Assembly (NCBI RefSeq): GCF_030028105.1
Contig: NC_092392.1
Span: 15,330,613-15,394,612 of the forward strand
From: Mobula birostris
Taxonomy: Eukaryota
Length of the DNA: 64,000 nucleotides
Reading direction: 5' to 3'
Shown here piece by piece: positions 51,658 to 64,000 of this stretch; position 1 is the stretch's first letter; every line of letters begins with the position of its first letter. The position numbers and the translations under genes are program-made. The notes under the pieces are model-generated. The model did not search any database. It saw only the letters and a list, made by a program, of their open reading frames with translations, and was not told the DNA's origin.

Positions 51658-53528
51658 GTAAAATGCTGTTCAGTTGATTAACAGATTATTGCTAATCAAT
51701 AATTAATTGTCCCATTGATTATTTTAAACTTACAGTATTTTTGTTTCTTCTTGTTGATTTCCATTTGCAGATCAATATTAATCATTTTGAAATACTTTAA
51801 TTAATAAGAGCTTAATTAGTACTAAAATTTTGTGGAATCTAAGGGAAAAACTATGCTGGATAGAATCATATCTAGTTCACAGGAGGTTACCCTAATGTTT
51901 GCCTGCATAATGTTTATGTAAGATACAAAAGGCACCTTTCTCTATGGCTGGTTCTGAGATGTTCTGGCTGATATCAACCGACTACTATAGTCAGTCAAGT
52001 TATTTTATGTTCCCAAACTGAGCATTTTATATGTTTTTCCTCAGCACCTGCTTCAGTTTATCCAAACAATTGAATGTCATTTTGGTGCATCCCCTCATCA
52101 ACTGAACGTGAGAGGCGCCAGAAACTTGGGCATGGATTGGCCTCCTGAAACAAAATGTATTGTCTGGATAGTATGGGAGGGATAGCATGTCACATCCCAG
52201 AGTAAGGATTATGATCTGTAATCATTTGCAGTATGGTTAATGATCTTGTACAAAGGGAAGTTACTGGAAACTGCATAAAGAGGAACACGACGAGTGAGAT
52301 GAGCAGCCTGAAGACACAGTTGGTCTCTCAGTCTCACAGTCCTGTTGCTGAGTCTCGGCCTAATACTGCCTGATTTGCTGAGTTCCTTCAGTGACTTGTG
52401 TTTATAGTCTGACAATATTGTGAGCTGCCAGAGTAGGAGGGCAGTAGGTAATTCAAAAGGTATTATTATGAAAATGAGCATTCACTCTTTCTTTCTGGTC
52501 CATTCCTGATATTTCATATTGCTGTCTACTGGAAACACTTAGATTATTCGTATTTACATTCGATCCCTGGAGAAATTAACTTGTGCATGTACATAATATC
52601 CTTTTGATAGCCCCGTGTTTGGAAAAAGGCTATTGGAAACCACATTCACAGGTTCATTTGGGATTTCAATAATCTTTTGCTGAAGTAGCTTTTGCCAAAT
52701 ATAAGTTTGAAAAGAATTTCAACATATCTAAACTATGGGAGATTTTAAAAACTGTCAACAGTAAGAAGCCATCCGATAAATATCGTAAGCATGTTCTGAA
52801 CTCTTATAATTCTTTGTTCAAGACATTTATAGCTAAGTTATGATTTCATGCTACAATTCATTACATAAATATTTTCTGGATCAGTCAATGTGCCCAGGCA
52901 ATCAACACCACAGTTCATTCCTTGTATGTCATTGCTGAGAATTCATTAAAAGATTTAAGAATTAACATAATCTAGATAATTCCTGTTTATAGTGTCATCT
53001 GTAAAATATATGGAGCAAGCAAGTTCGAGATTCTATGATCATTCTTCGACATAGTCAAAATAAGTTTATTTCAAGTTCAATTTCAAGTTCAAGTCTATTG
53101 TCATCTGACTGTACGAAGCATATGACCAAACTAAACAATGTACCTCTAGCCATGGTGCACTCACAATATACATGTATATCACACTGCACATAAAACAAAA
53201 TATTATCACACATAAGTTAATAAAATATAATTCAAAATGCATGTGAAGTACCTAGCACAAGCAAACAGTACAGAACAGTATTTATACAGGATTACAGAGT
53301 ATTTATAATATAGTGATATCACTTGTTGTCCCTTATCATATAGTTTGATTGTTCTTATGTTTATATCTTTTTAAAATGGTGGCCATTGTAACACAATATT
53401 TAGTTTGTATAATTTTATTGTTTTCTATTTAGAACTCGTCATATTTGGCAAAGTATCTTGATGATTAAGTGTATCTTGAAACTTGCTTTAATTCTTTGTC
53501 TTACTATGTTCTTTGTTTTACTTTTTAG

Positions 53529-53738
53529 GACACAGGAATCTGAGATCAAATTATTGAAGGATATTAAGTTTTTCACTGCTGAATTAGAGCACCAAAGGCA
53601 GGAGCTAGATAAAGGTGAACAGTTTCCTGAGAGCTACAATACGGATGTCAGTAAGCTAAGACAGCAGCTGCTTCATTTTCAGAATGACCTCAACCAGACA
53701 GAAGAGCGTATTGCTCAACAGAAGAACAGAACCATTTA
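53529..53738 (+). CDS. CCDC146: CCDC146 third coding exon (210 bp); the gene continues to the right
   Basis: ttttag|G ACA CAG...ATT TA|gtaaga. TQESEIKLLKDIKFFTAELEHQRQELDKGEQFPESYNTDVSKLRQQLLHFQND vs human TQESEVQLLQNAKRFTEQIQQQ...FPEAFSTEVSKMREQLLKYQNE. Confidence 0.92.
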
Positions 53739-54689
53739 GTAAGAAACTACCTTGTTTATCTATTCTGTTTGGAGACATTGTGCTCAGATTTTGCTCTGTT
53801 AGATAAGTATTTCATGTATAATTTTAAAGTAAGATTTATCATAAAAAATAAATATTTACAGCTATGTTGAAATATTTACAAACATGGAAATGAATTCTGA
53901 AATAACTAAGCAGTTCTTAAATTTAAATTGGTTTGACACATCAATGACTCCTATGCTTGACCAAGGCTCAGTGAACTAACGAGATTGAGTTTGGATGGAT
54001 CAGGTATACTGTATATGTCCAGGAATCATTCAGGTTGACTCCAGTTGTGCCATGCATACAAGGAATAAGAGATACCAAGAAAAAGAGTGAAAAAAAGAGG
54101 CAGGTAGAGAGACACAGCCAGTGCTTGTGTGTGAGAGGGTGGGATGGAGAGGAGAATGGGAAAATAGTAATATTTAGAGTGGGTCAGATCAGGAAAAACT
54201 ATATGCATTCTGTTTTTGATTCAGGTCTAAATGAACTACAACTGGGTTAGGTCCAGTCTAATTTTATACCCAAGTAGACTTGGTCACCCTCTCCAAAATG
54301 CACACTCACAAACGCTTCATTCCCTGGAATTAAGTCCAGTGCTGTGTATTCTCTATTAGGCCTATATATAGACAGAGTTCAATATACAAACAAGGTCAAA
54401 AGGCTTTTCAGGATGCATTTTAAAAATTCCATCCCCTTTAACATTTTCATTCCAAGGCAATCCTAGTGAATACTAGAGAGGTTGAAATATAGTTGTAAGT
54501 TTTATAGCCCTATTGCTCTTACACCTCTCAATGATTTGCTATATATCTGCTTCTTCATCTCTCACTGACTTCAGAGTCAAAGTGGGGTTATACTACTGTA
54601 GCTGGTATGGAGGTGAGGGGCCTGTTTCTGTGCTGTACACCACTTTGCAACTCCATGACTCTAAAGTGATCATCCTTTTTATTTCTCTC

Positions 54690-55510
54690 CACTCATATGA
54701 TCTTATTTGAAAAATCTACCACGGCATCCACTTTAATAATTGCATTGCTCTCCTTAATCAATATTGAAATGCTACCTTTTTATTTACTTCCTCCTTTATT
54801 GCATTTGAAACTTCTACATCCTAAAATACTGAGTTGTCAGTTCATCAGCCATGCCAGAATAATTGCAATATCATACTCCCATGCATTGCTCTAAGTTCAT
54901 CCACCTTACCAGGCGTGAATCCCTTTCCGACAGCACGATCAAGCCTCCCTGTAGGGACATTGGACCTGTTCTGGTTCAAGTGCGTTTGCACAGTTGCTTG
55001 TACAAATCTGAAAGCCCTCCCTTCTGCAATGACCATTTAGCCATAAAATCACCTGACCTAACCTAGTACTCAATATACATGTTACTGGAAGTAACTTTAG
55101 CAATCCTGCTTTTTAAGTCTACGCCCAAGTTGTGTAAATCTCATCTCCTTTACCTTTGTCTTGAGTACCATTGTGGATCATGACTTCTGGTTGCTTATTT
55201 TCCCCTTTTAGAATGAAATGCAGCTGCCTTGAAACATCTGTGACCCAGGTGCCAAAGGTGGCAATATACCAATTGAGAATCTTGTTTGCAGACACAGAAA
55301 TGCCTGTCTGCTCCCCTTACAATCACATCCCCTATCACCCTAGCTCTCCTGTTTTATCCCACCAGCCCAATCCTCCATGTGCAGCAGAGTTAACTGTGTT
55401 TCCACAAATTTAGTTGTTGCTGCTTTCACTGGGATACCATCCACCACCTCCCTCAACAGTGTCAGTGCGGTGTACCTGTCTGAGATATGAATGGCCCGAG
55501 CAGCTCCTTT
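54690..55510 (-). mobile_element. Heavily decayed CR1 ORF1/ORF2 junction fragment
   Basis: WLNGHCRREGF, LNQNRSNVPTGRLDRAVGKG and GKVDELRA remnants are colinear with the CR1 at 35300-36300. Confidence 0.55.
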
Positions 55511-55729
55511 ACTGTTCTGTCTTGTGGTAATCTGTTACATTCCTGCTTATGCAGCCAATAAATATGGTGTAAATAGCTCACTTCAAGTCCTGCAATTGAC
55601 AGGTTGCGATAGATATGTGTCAAGATAAAGGAAATGACCCAAGTTGACCAAAAGCTCATTTTAATTGTTATGCAGTGTATTGTGTTGATATATCAATGTA
55701 TTTCATTACATCTTTAATCAAACAAATTA

Positions 55730-56311
55730 CGCAGTGCGCACAGCTCTCTGGTGAAACGATATCGTATTTGTAAGTAGGATGCTGTGCACAATTCTGATTT
55801 GATGGAGACAGACGTGAGAAGGCACAGAGGAACATCTGGAGAAATTTCTGAAATGCTGGGTTCACTGCCGCTGCTACTGTGCAATCGAGAATCTCCGGAG
55901 GGGAGGCCCCAAAATCCCCGGCTTTGCCTGCTGCTGGCGACCGAGGCTGAGGTTGAAGTGTTCAGCAGAGATGGTGCTTGGTACTCGGTGTCGGAGGGCT
56001 GATCGGAGCTCGAAGTTTTCGGACATGGTCGGGCATGGCAGGGAGAGTTTTCTTCCTTCTCCGGTCTGCGTGAGATGTGGGACTTTCAAGAGACTTTGAA
56101 CTTTTTTACTGTGCCATGGCCTGTTCTTCATCAAGTTATGGTATTGTTGCACTGTTGTAACTATATGTTATAATTATGTGTTTTTTGTTAGTTTTTCAGT
56201 CTTGGTCTGTCCTGTGTTTCTGTGATATCACACCGGAGGAATATTGTATCATTTCTTAATGCATGCATTACTAAATGACAATAAAAGAGGAATGCGTGTC
56301 CTCATAATCTA
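55730..56311 (+). mobile_element. Non-autonomous retroelement (copy 3)
   Basis: Aligns by eye to 13534-14149. Confidence 0.75.
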
Positions 56312-57602
56312 AAAAAAATCTAAAATTAGTAATTGAACAATTAAGTTACCTGAAAACACAGTCTAGTTCTTCTTCCATCCTTTGTATAAATAAATATGAA
56401 GGAAATCTGCGGAAACACACAGAGACATAAGAATGCTTAAACTATCTAGTTTTAAAAGAATCTACTCCATTCAAAATTCAGAGAAAATAGATCAGTGATT
56501 ATATTCTTGTGTGTTGCTGCTTTTGAGTGTTGTAATCCACTTTTTCCCTGTCTCCCCCACCTTTTCCATTCTTCTGCATCTGCTCTCCCTTCAATCAATT
56601 GGATCTGGATTTGCTGTCCCTCCTCTATCTGTTGTCCTGGCCATTATGCAAATGATTTCTAGCTAATCCCCACCAATTTCTGTTTATCTTCCAGTTATTC
56701 TTCATATGTTTCTGTGGTTGGTTATATTTGTTTTTCTTTAATTTGTTTGCAGAATGTGGTATTTAGTAATATTTTGTCAAGATTCTCACCAAGTACTTAT
56801 TTTTTCCCCTTACCCTTTCCTTATGGATAGAATTTTAATTTCGCCTTTTGTAGTTAACATCTATTTTCCAGCATCTTGGAACTAGGCAATTAATTAGCAA
56901 ATGTAACCATTTCACAAACTGATACACACAGGGATAAACAAAAGGCAGTTTCTTCTGAACATAAAAACGCACTTGTTGAGAAGTGCAGTGAGCAGTCAAA
57001 GAAAGGTCAAAACATTGGGCTGATACCAAGTTACAGATTTAGCCAAAGTGCAACTTATAAAATGTTCCATGTTTCTAGGCAGCAGATGTTATGGCTTGTT
57101 TGTAAGATGTTTTAGTTCACAGTCAATAAACAGAACTGCAATATTATTATTGCACAAAATGAAGAGTGACAATTTGCCTCTCTATTGAAGTAGTTTTGTA
57201 TGGTGAAACATTCAAAGTACTGAGAATTTTCACATAACAGCCATTTCATTTATCTGTTAATATCAGCAAGAGGCAAAACTGAGGTGCTTTAGTTGATTAT
57301 GATTGTAACAATGTCAGTATATCAACAATACATCAGTTTGAACGGGAAGGAGAAATTCAGAGGCTTCATAGGGATGATTCACTGCAACTTGTTTATTTGA
57401 ATTGTAAACTTAAGATAACAACTGGAATATCTTCTACAGAGGCTCCTGATTTTCAGATTCTGGAATTCTTGTGGTGGAGGTGTCCAGGAAGAGGGGGCAA
57501 AGCTTACTAATCTGACTGCGGTAATCAGATATTGAAGAACAAGTTCACAAAGGAAAAGTAGCAAATGTAAACTGTCTATATCACCTGTGGCACCAGCTTT
57601 CC

Positions 57603-58240
57603 ATCACCCTCCTCTAATCACAGTTACAATTCATTAAATATCCTGCATCTGGCTCTTGTACACTTTGTACCTGTCAGCTACTAACACTCACACCCACACC
57701 CACTAACATCATTTACAGACTTGCAGGCATTGCTCCCCCAGAGATCTGAAGACACATTACAACAAAAATTGGAAAAGGTAAACAGAACGCAGATCCACGG
57801 CACCCACTACATCATCATGTGCCAGTTTCCAACCACCTAAAATCGAGGAGAAGCTTTGCTACAGTGGAGGAGCTACCGCACGGAACATCCCCCCAAACAC
57901 ACAGGATTGACCCCTGGCAACAAACAGAAGCCAGAACCCCACCAAACAATACAGTGCAAGACCCCACAGAAATGTTCCCAGATGGGGCACTGCTTGACAG
58001 ACGGAAGTGGTGCGCTCTCAACAGAGCGAGAGCGGGAGTTTGTAGGATGGGAACAATATGGTGAAGTGGGGTTTAAAGACCAGCGAATCCTGTGAGTGTG
58101 GCGAAAGGGTGCAGAACATTGAACACGTTCTGCACAACTCCCTCTCTCACCTGATTTAGCTGACACTGACCTGCTCAACATCAACCAAACAACACTAGAG
58201 TGGCTGACTGTCTGGTGTGGCAAGCTATGATGATGACCCG
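57603..58240 (+). mobile_element. Vingi/Ingi-like LINE 3' fragment
   Basis: LAGIAPPEI..., HLKSRRSF, PDGALLDRRKWCALNRARAGV..WG..CECG..EH..C; (TGA)n tail; possible TSD cagctttcc. Confidence 0.6.
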
Positions 58241-59149
58241 TCAGCTTTCCTTTATTTACTTCCCTCATCTTCCTATGTTCATTTGCTTCATTGGCTATCC
58301 ACATATTCAAACCTAACATAGAATTTTTTTTCTTGCAGGTATGCTGGCACACAGTACTAGGGTGCAGGCAATGTCAAGAATATGGTCCTCATCACTTAAA
58401 GTGCTGCACTCATTGAGGTAGCCTATAGTGAAGCTATTGACCTAAGATTACATCAGGTGCATTGTAACTGTTGGCATTGGAGGATAGGTTCTAAAGAAAC
58501 TTTGTCTACTCTCCTCATTTTTGCTACTCAAATGAAATTTCTCCCTTACACAGTTTGTCTGACAATAGAGTGTTGTTTAGAGCTGCCAGCTATTTGTTCT
58601 CTGCTGATCTTTGCTAATCCTTAACCCTCCCTTTTTTTCAGAACTATCAGAAATGTATACAGTTGCAGGACAGGAGGTGTCTCTTCTAATATAATGAAGT
58701 AATTCAACCATATCTTTGCAAGCAAAATGTTCAGTTCAGAAAGTTGCTAAGAAGGATTAACTGACATTTGAGAATGAGCAAGAACAGATAAATGGGTCCA
58801 ACAATTTTCTGTGGATGACTAAAAGTTGCACAAGTCAATTTGACATTCAGTGAACTTCAGGGTACATTGGAAAGGGCGGACCATGAAGCAACATTTAAAA
58901 ATATAAAATATTAGCTAGTTCTCTGGCAGTTGGAGCATCACAATTTGACACTTATAAGACCATATGAAATAGGAGCAGGATTAGGCCATCCAGTCCATTG
59001 AAACTATTCTGTCATTCCATCACGGCTGATTTATTTTCCCCCTCAACCCCATTCTTGTGCCTGCTCCTCGTAACCTTTAACACGCTTATGATCATCAATA
59101 CAGGAGTACGACTACTGCAGGGTATGGACTACTATCTTCATTCTCTAGC

Positions 59150-59488
59150 AGTACTTTAGTTGTTCAGACCGTTGCTGTATAAAGTAAAATTGCAGGTGTA
59201 CTAAACATTGGTTAGGTGATGTAGAAGCTGTGTGAAAGTTTGGGTAAGCCACATTTAGGGATCTGCATGCAGTTCCGTTCACCACATTACCGGAAGGATG
59301 TGGAGGTTTAGCAGAGATGCAGGAGTACTTTACCAAGCTGCTGCCTGGATTAGAGGGTACTAGCTATAAGGAGTGGTTAGACAATTTTGAAATGTCTTGT
59401 TTTAGAGTATTGGAGATTGATAGACATTTAGAAAATTATGAGAGACGTAAGTAGGCTAGACATTCAGAATTGTTTTTTCCTCAGGGAG
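59150..59488 (+). mobile_element. Old CR1 RT C-terminal fragment, cut by the Gypsy insertion
   Basis: SPHYRKDVEV..MQEYFTKLLPGLEGTSYKEWLD remnant ending abruptly at the LTR edge. Confidence 0.65.
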
Positions 59489-59607
59489 TGTTACGTTTTG
59501 TAACTGCAAAAAATAAAACTAATCAAAAGAACAATATGCATGTATGATGTGGTGGCATAATGCCATGCACTATTCATGTACTTTTACATATAACCCATAT
59601 TGAATTA

Positions 59608-59822
59608 GATAGATAGATAGATAGACATACTTTATTGATCCCGAGGGAAATTAGGTTTCGTTACAGTTGCACCAACCAAGCAATATAAAACCATAAATAA
59701 TTCAATAATAATATGTAAATTATGCCAGATGGAAATAAGTCCAGGACCAGCCTATTGGCTCAGGATGTCTGACCCTCCAAGGGAGGAGTTGTAAAGTTTG
59801 ATGGCCACAGGCAGAACAGACA
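59608..59822 (-). mobile_element. Rex/Babar 3' tip inserted in the Gypsy LTR
   Basis: Reverse complement of about 38420-38620; (AGAT)n tail; candidate TSD gaatta at 59602-59607 and 59824-59829. Confidence 0.8.
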
Positions 59823-60022
59823 GGAATTATGTAAACAACAAAGAAAGTTTAGTCAAACAATATATTTACAATTTCTCAAATATTACTGAAATATTAAATG
59901 TACAACACTCCTCCCTACTTAGCTATGATCTCCTACTCAATCTAGAATGCATTTCAACATGTATGTATATTTCTGTATATATTATACTAAAGCATTACCT
60001 TAAACAGCTGTGATGTTACTGC

Positions 60023-62801
60023 TGCTGGACTGTCGAGTCATCAGCCAGGTCCATCCGTCTTCAGACGTTTCATCCCCTACCCCGGAACATCCTCGGGATG
60101 GTGGGACAGCAGAAGGTGATCAGTCTTCTACCCCCGACGGTCAGACATCCAGCTACTGTCATCTCTTCACAGCCAAAGCCAACTGAACACTCTCTCTGCT
60201 GTTTGGGCCATGGTGTTAATGGCTCTCTTCCTGGTTCTCCCTTGTATCCCTAAAGTTGCCATCGTCCTGTAGCATGATATGGCGGGAATTCCTCTTGCTC
60301 CCACTTCGACAGGGAAGTTCCATGTCTGCCAGCCTTGCCATCTGCAGTCCACCACCAGGTGTTCGTACCTCGCAAGCTTCCTCTCGTGAGCCTCTTGATA
60401 TCAGGTCTCCCATGGTACTGTTAGCTCTATCACCAGGAGCTTCTTTGCACTCTCTGACAATAGTAGAACATCTGGTTGAAGTGTGGTCTCTACAATTGGT
60501 GGGAACACCAGCTTCTTTTCAAGATCGACCTTCATCTCCCAGTCCTTTGCCATGATCAGGATACCGTCTCCACGCTTGTTTGTTGCTGCAGCATGTTCCC
60601 CGGTCCTGACGAAGTTGATAAAGTTTGGTTGAGTGTCCTTCTTGTGGTCCTTTTTCCTCTCTGTCTCCAAAGTGTGGGTGAGTGCTCTCAAAACCTGGTG
60701 GTGTCTCCATCTGTACTGTCCCTGGGGAAGGGCAACCTGGCATGAAGAAAGAATATGCTCTAGGTTGGCTGGTTTCTGGCACAGATGGCACGTTGGGTCG
60801 TCTGTTATTCCCCAGTTCCGCAGGTTTGTTGGAGTTGGTAGTACGTTGTACACAGCCCTCAGTAAGAACTGGAGTTGGAAAGATGTATGTTTCCATATAA
60901 CATCCCATGTCAACACTCTTTGTTCTGTTTCTCACTTTGTCCAGGTCCCTTGACTCCCCATCTCCACTGCTCGCACATATCTAGCCTCCTCCTCTTTCTT
61001 CCTTATCTCCTGCTGGACCAAGTGCCGTCTGTCCTTAGGGTTGGCCTCCCTCCACCTGGTTGTTGACTCCCATCCTAGGCCTTGTCTGCCCTTACACACG
61101 ATTCCGACAACGTCTCTGTGGCGAAGTCAGGACTCTGCTTCTTCTACCACCTCTGCCGCCTTCCATTTGGTCCCTGTCTGTATCTTGGCTCCTGCTTCAC
61201 TGACTTTGTCGTCCTTGGAGTCTTTGAGGGTCATGATGAGGCGTGCTTTCCCTGCCTTAAATTCCTCTACAATTGAGGAGAAGGGCAACCAGAGCTTTGC
61301 TGACTTGCTGTATAGCCCAGTTGAAGAGAAGCACTGCGGTACTCCTAACCACCTTCTCAGATACCGGTTTATCTTCCTTTCCGTGCCCTCAATTGTTGAC
61401 AGGGCGATGTCATACAGCATCATAGGTCATATTAGTCTGGGTAAGAGCCCATGTTGGAAGATCCATGCCTTAAACTTTCCTGGTAAACCTGATTTGTCAA
61501 TCTTTACCAGCCTTTCTGTTGTTTGTTGCTCCAGGAATCTGCTGTTGTTGACATCCTTAAGGCTGTCATCATACCATTTCCCTAGGCACTTGATGGGGTT
61601 TCCTATGATAGATGGGATTTCTTCATCCTGGATCTTCAAGGTGAACTTCTGGGTAAGTTGGCCTTTCTTTATCACCATACACCTTGAATTGGCAGGTTTA
61701 AATTTCATTCATGCCCATGTGGCTGTCTCGTCCATTGCCTGGAGTACCCATCTGGTCTGGATATGTGTTAAATCCTCTGCTTGGCGGCTGTCTGATATTA
61801 GTACTTGTCTTTGGCCCTCTGGTCTCTCTTTTCCCAGCCTCCATAAGTAGATTTATGGCCATGACGAAGAGGACTACTGATATAGTGCAGCCAGTCACAA
61901 TACCCTTCTCTACTCGCTGCCATGATGTTACGTAGTCCCGCACGTTGAACCTTAGGTGAATCCCCTCGAAATAGCTTGCCAGATTCTTGGTGACCTTCTC
62001 CAGGATATGGTAGTATTTCAGTGCTGTCTCGATGAGCTTGTGCAGCACTGTACCATAGGCATTGGCTAAATCCAACCACACAAACATCAGGTTCCCATTG
62101 GTTGCCTTGCCCTCCTTTAACAGCTGGGATATAACACTTGTGTGTTCCACACATCCTGGGAACCAGGAATCCCTCCCTTTTGCACTACCGCATCTATGTA
62201 TTGGTTTTCTACCATGTATGATGTCATCCTTCTTGCTAGAACAGCGAAGAAGATTTTTCCTTCGAAGTTGAGGAGGGAAATGGTTCTGAACTGCTTGATC
62301 TCAGCTGAGTTTTCCTCTTTTGGCACAAAGCGTCCTTCAGCCACTTGCCAGCAAGGTGGTATCTGGCCCTTCCTCCTGATGACTCCCATCAGGCTCCACA
62401 TCCTCTTGAGAAGCTTTGGGCCTTTCTTGTAGACTTTATATGTGATCCCATTGGGCTCAGATGATGAACCTGCCCTCGCATTCTTGACGGCTTCTCTTAC
62501 TTCTTTCAGTGTTGGCTCTTTCTGATCTAGAGGTTTCTCCGGCTGTTGCACTGGCTCAATCCGGCTGTTTTCCCCAGTAGCAGGTCTCATCTTTCAACCG
62601 AATGTGTTTCCTGCAGGTATGCCTCCACTTCCTCACTTGGTTTCCCCAGTTTGCCTGATCTTTCCCCTTCTAACACACTTGCAGAAAAACGATAAGGGTT
62701 CCTGATGAAAGCAGCCCTTTTCCTATTCTTCTCGCGCTTGTTCTTCCTTATCCTTTCCGCATTCGGAAGTTCTTTAAGCCTCCTTCTCAGGTCTTGTCTC
62801 A
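60023..62801 (-). mobile_element. 5'-truncated HERO-type (RT + CCHC + RLE) non-LTR element inserted in the Gypsy
   Basis: QFRTISLLNFEGKIFF, WLDLANAYG, GIVTGCTISVVLF, MKFKPANSR, CHLCQKPANLEHILSSC and PDVLLLSESAKKLLVIELTVPWE; several frameshifts. Confidence 0.88.
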
Positions 62802-64000
62802 ACTGCCTCTACAATATAGACATTCTCAACATAGTAAATTTTAAATTGTCCCACTTATGCCTAAATATTTAATTGCTGTGGAGGATTTTTTACTTTTGTG
62901 GGATAACATCGTTCCTGACAAGGAGGACACTCCACCTGGCAGGAGAGACCTGTAGCTGCGAAACAATATCAGGTTCTGGGGCCTCTTCCGTGGTGGTTGT
63001 AGGAGTTGACTCTGGCGGAAAGTAGTTCTGACAGCTCTGGAAACTTTTCTTCTCTAACAATTGACTATGCTCTCCTCAATTGATCAAAGTGTCATTTCCA
63101 GATGACATTAGATGCAATCTCTTCTGTGTAGGAGAGAGATCCAGTTCCATCCTTAACATTCCAACTACCCACTTTTGATCACCTCTGTAGTCCCTCACCA
63201 GGACTGCTCGTCTGCGAGTGAAACGTTGAACCTCCTTGTTTCAGGAGCCCTCAATTTGCCCCGCATACTTTTTTTGAGAATGGCTTTAATGAGATCTGAG
63301 TGTGAGTGCAAGGGATGACCCAGGAACAGCATAGCTTGTGAGTTGATGGTTGTGAAGTGTGCTGCATTGTGATATGCAAGGAGGAAATTGACAAGCTTCT
63401 GATTCAGTGTCGGTGCAATGTGTTCTGCTAACATTGCTCGCAGTGCATTCTTTAGACTCTGGACAAATCTTTTTGTCAAACCATTTGTAGCTGGGTGGTA
63501 CAGCGCAGATGTAGTATGTCTTATTCCATTCACTTTCAGGAATGACTGAAACTGTTTCGTAACAAACTGGTCCATTGTCACGGACTAAGTATTCTGGAAC
63601 ACCAGTCCTTGAAAAGAGGCTGCTCAACATATCAACGGTGTGCGAGTTGGTGAAGGAGGTTATTGGGAATACATCTGGCTACTTTGTAGCTGCACCCTCT
63701 GCTACTAAGAAATTAGTGCCCATGAATGGTTGGGCAAAACCCACATGAATCCTCTGCCAGGCAATGCAGGCCATTCCCAGAGATGAAGAGGTGCTGTTCT
63801 TGGCATCTTCTGGACGCGTTGGCCAACCAGTGCGTGGCAAGTTGCTCGATGTGCTGATCTATTCCAGTTCACCGACAAAGCTTCAAGCTAATGCTTTCAT
63901 TTTGACCACACCTAAATCAATGGCATGTAGCTCCTCCAACACTTTAGCTCTTAGCATAGATAGTGTAACAGTTCTCATTCCCCACATAAGGCAACCTTCG

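Larger units (their letters stand above)
59489..64000 (-). mobile_element. Gypsy/Ty3 LTR retrotransposon: 3' LTR 59489-59907, PPT 59908-59916, decayed integrase about 62860-64000; runs off the window
   Basis: Minus strand AGGGAGGAG|TGTTG...TAACA. Integrase remnants GVVKMKALA, PLHLWEWPALPWQRIHV, GVPEYLVRDNGP and YHPATNGL..RFVQSLK. Confidence 0.85.

Noticed and set aside
53458-53739. 93-aa ORF with an apparent signal peptide and stop codon
   Set aside because: The hydrophobic leader is the intronic polypyrimidine tract, and the TAG spans the TA|gt donor of the CCDC146 exon.
53740-59100. Next CCDC146 exon (candidates near 57337 and 58642)
   Set aside because: No candidate gave both a fitting donor/phase and recognisable similarity; the exon is probably beyond the window or was missed.
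61041-61850. 269-aa plus-strand ORF
   Set aside because: Antisense of the HERO RT.

Overview
Eukaryotic (vertebrate) genomic DNA, most likely from a cartilaginous fish (ray/skate-like repeat complement: V-domain SINEs, esterase-ORF1 CR1 LINEs, Penelope-like elements). Three host genes were reconstructed by hand from GT/AG boundaries and remembered vertebrate protein sequences. FAM185A has coding exons 1-3 on the minus strand and runs off the left edge. CCDC146 has coding exons on the plus strand and runs off the right edge; it shares a CpG-rich head-to-head promoter with FAM185A that carries ZNF143/THAP11 and RFX X-box motifs. A complete two-exon FGL2-like gene (416 aa) is nested antisense in a ~33 kb CCDC146 intron. 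Much of the rest is transposon-derived: CR1, Rex/Babar, HERO-type RLE LINEs, a Vingi-like fragment, an RTE-derived element, Penelope-like elements with hammerhead-ribozyme motifs, a Gypsy LTR element, and Tc1, Tigger, mariner and hAT DNA elements, often nested. The most notable signals are short TSD-flanked palindromic Penelope-derived elements bearing minimal hammerhead cores, an FGL2 lacking the first CxxC oligomerisation pair, and several datable nested-insertion stacks. No database search was run; all family calls come from motif recognition.
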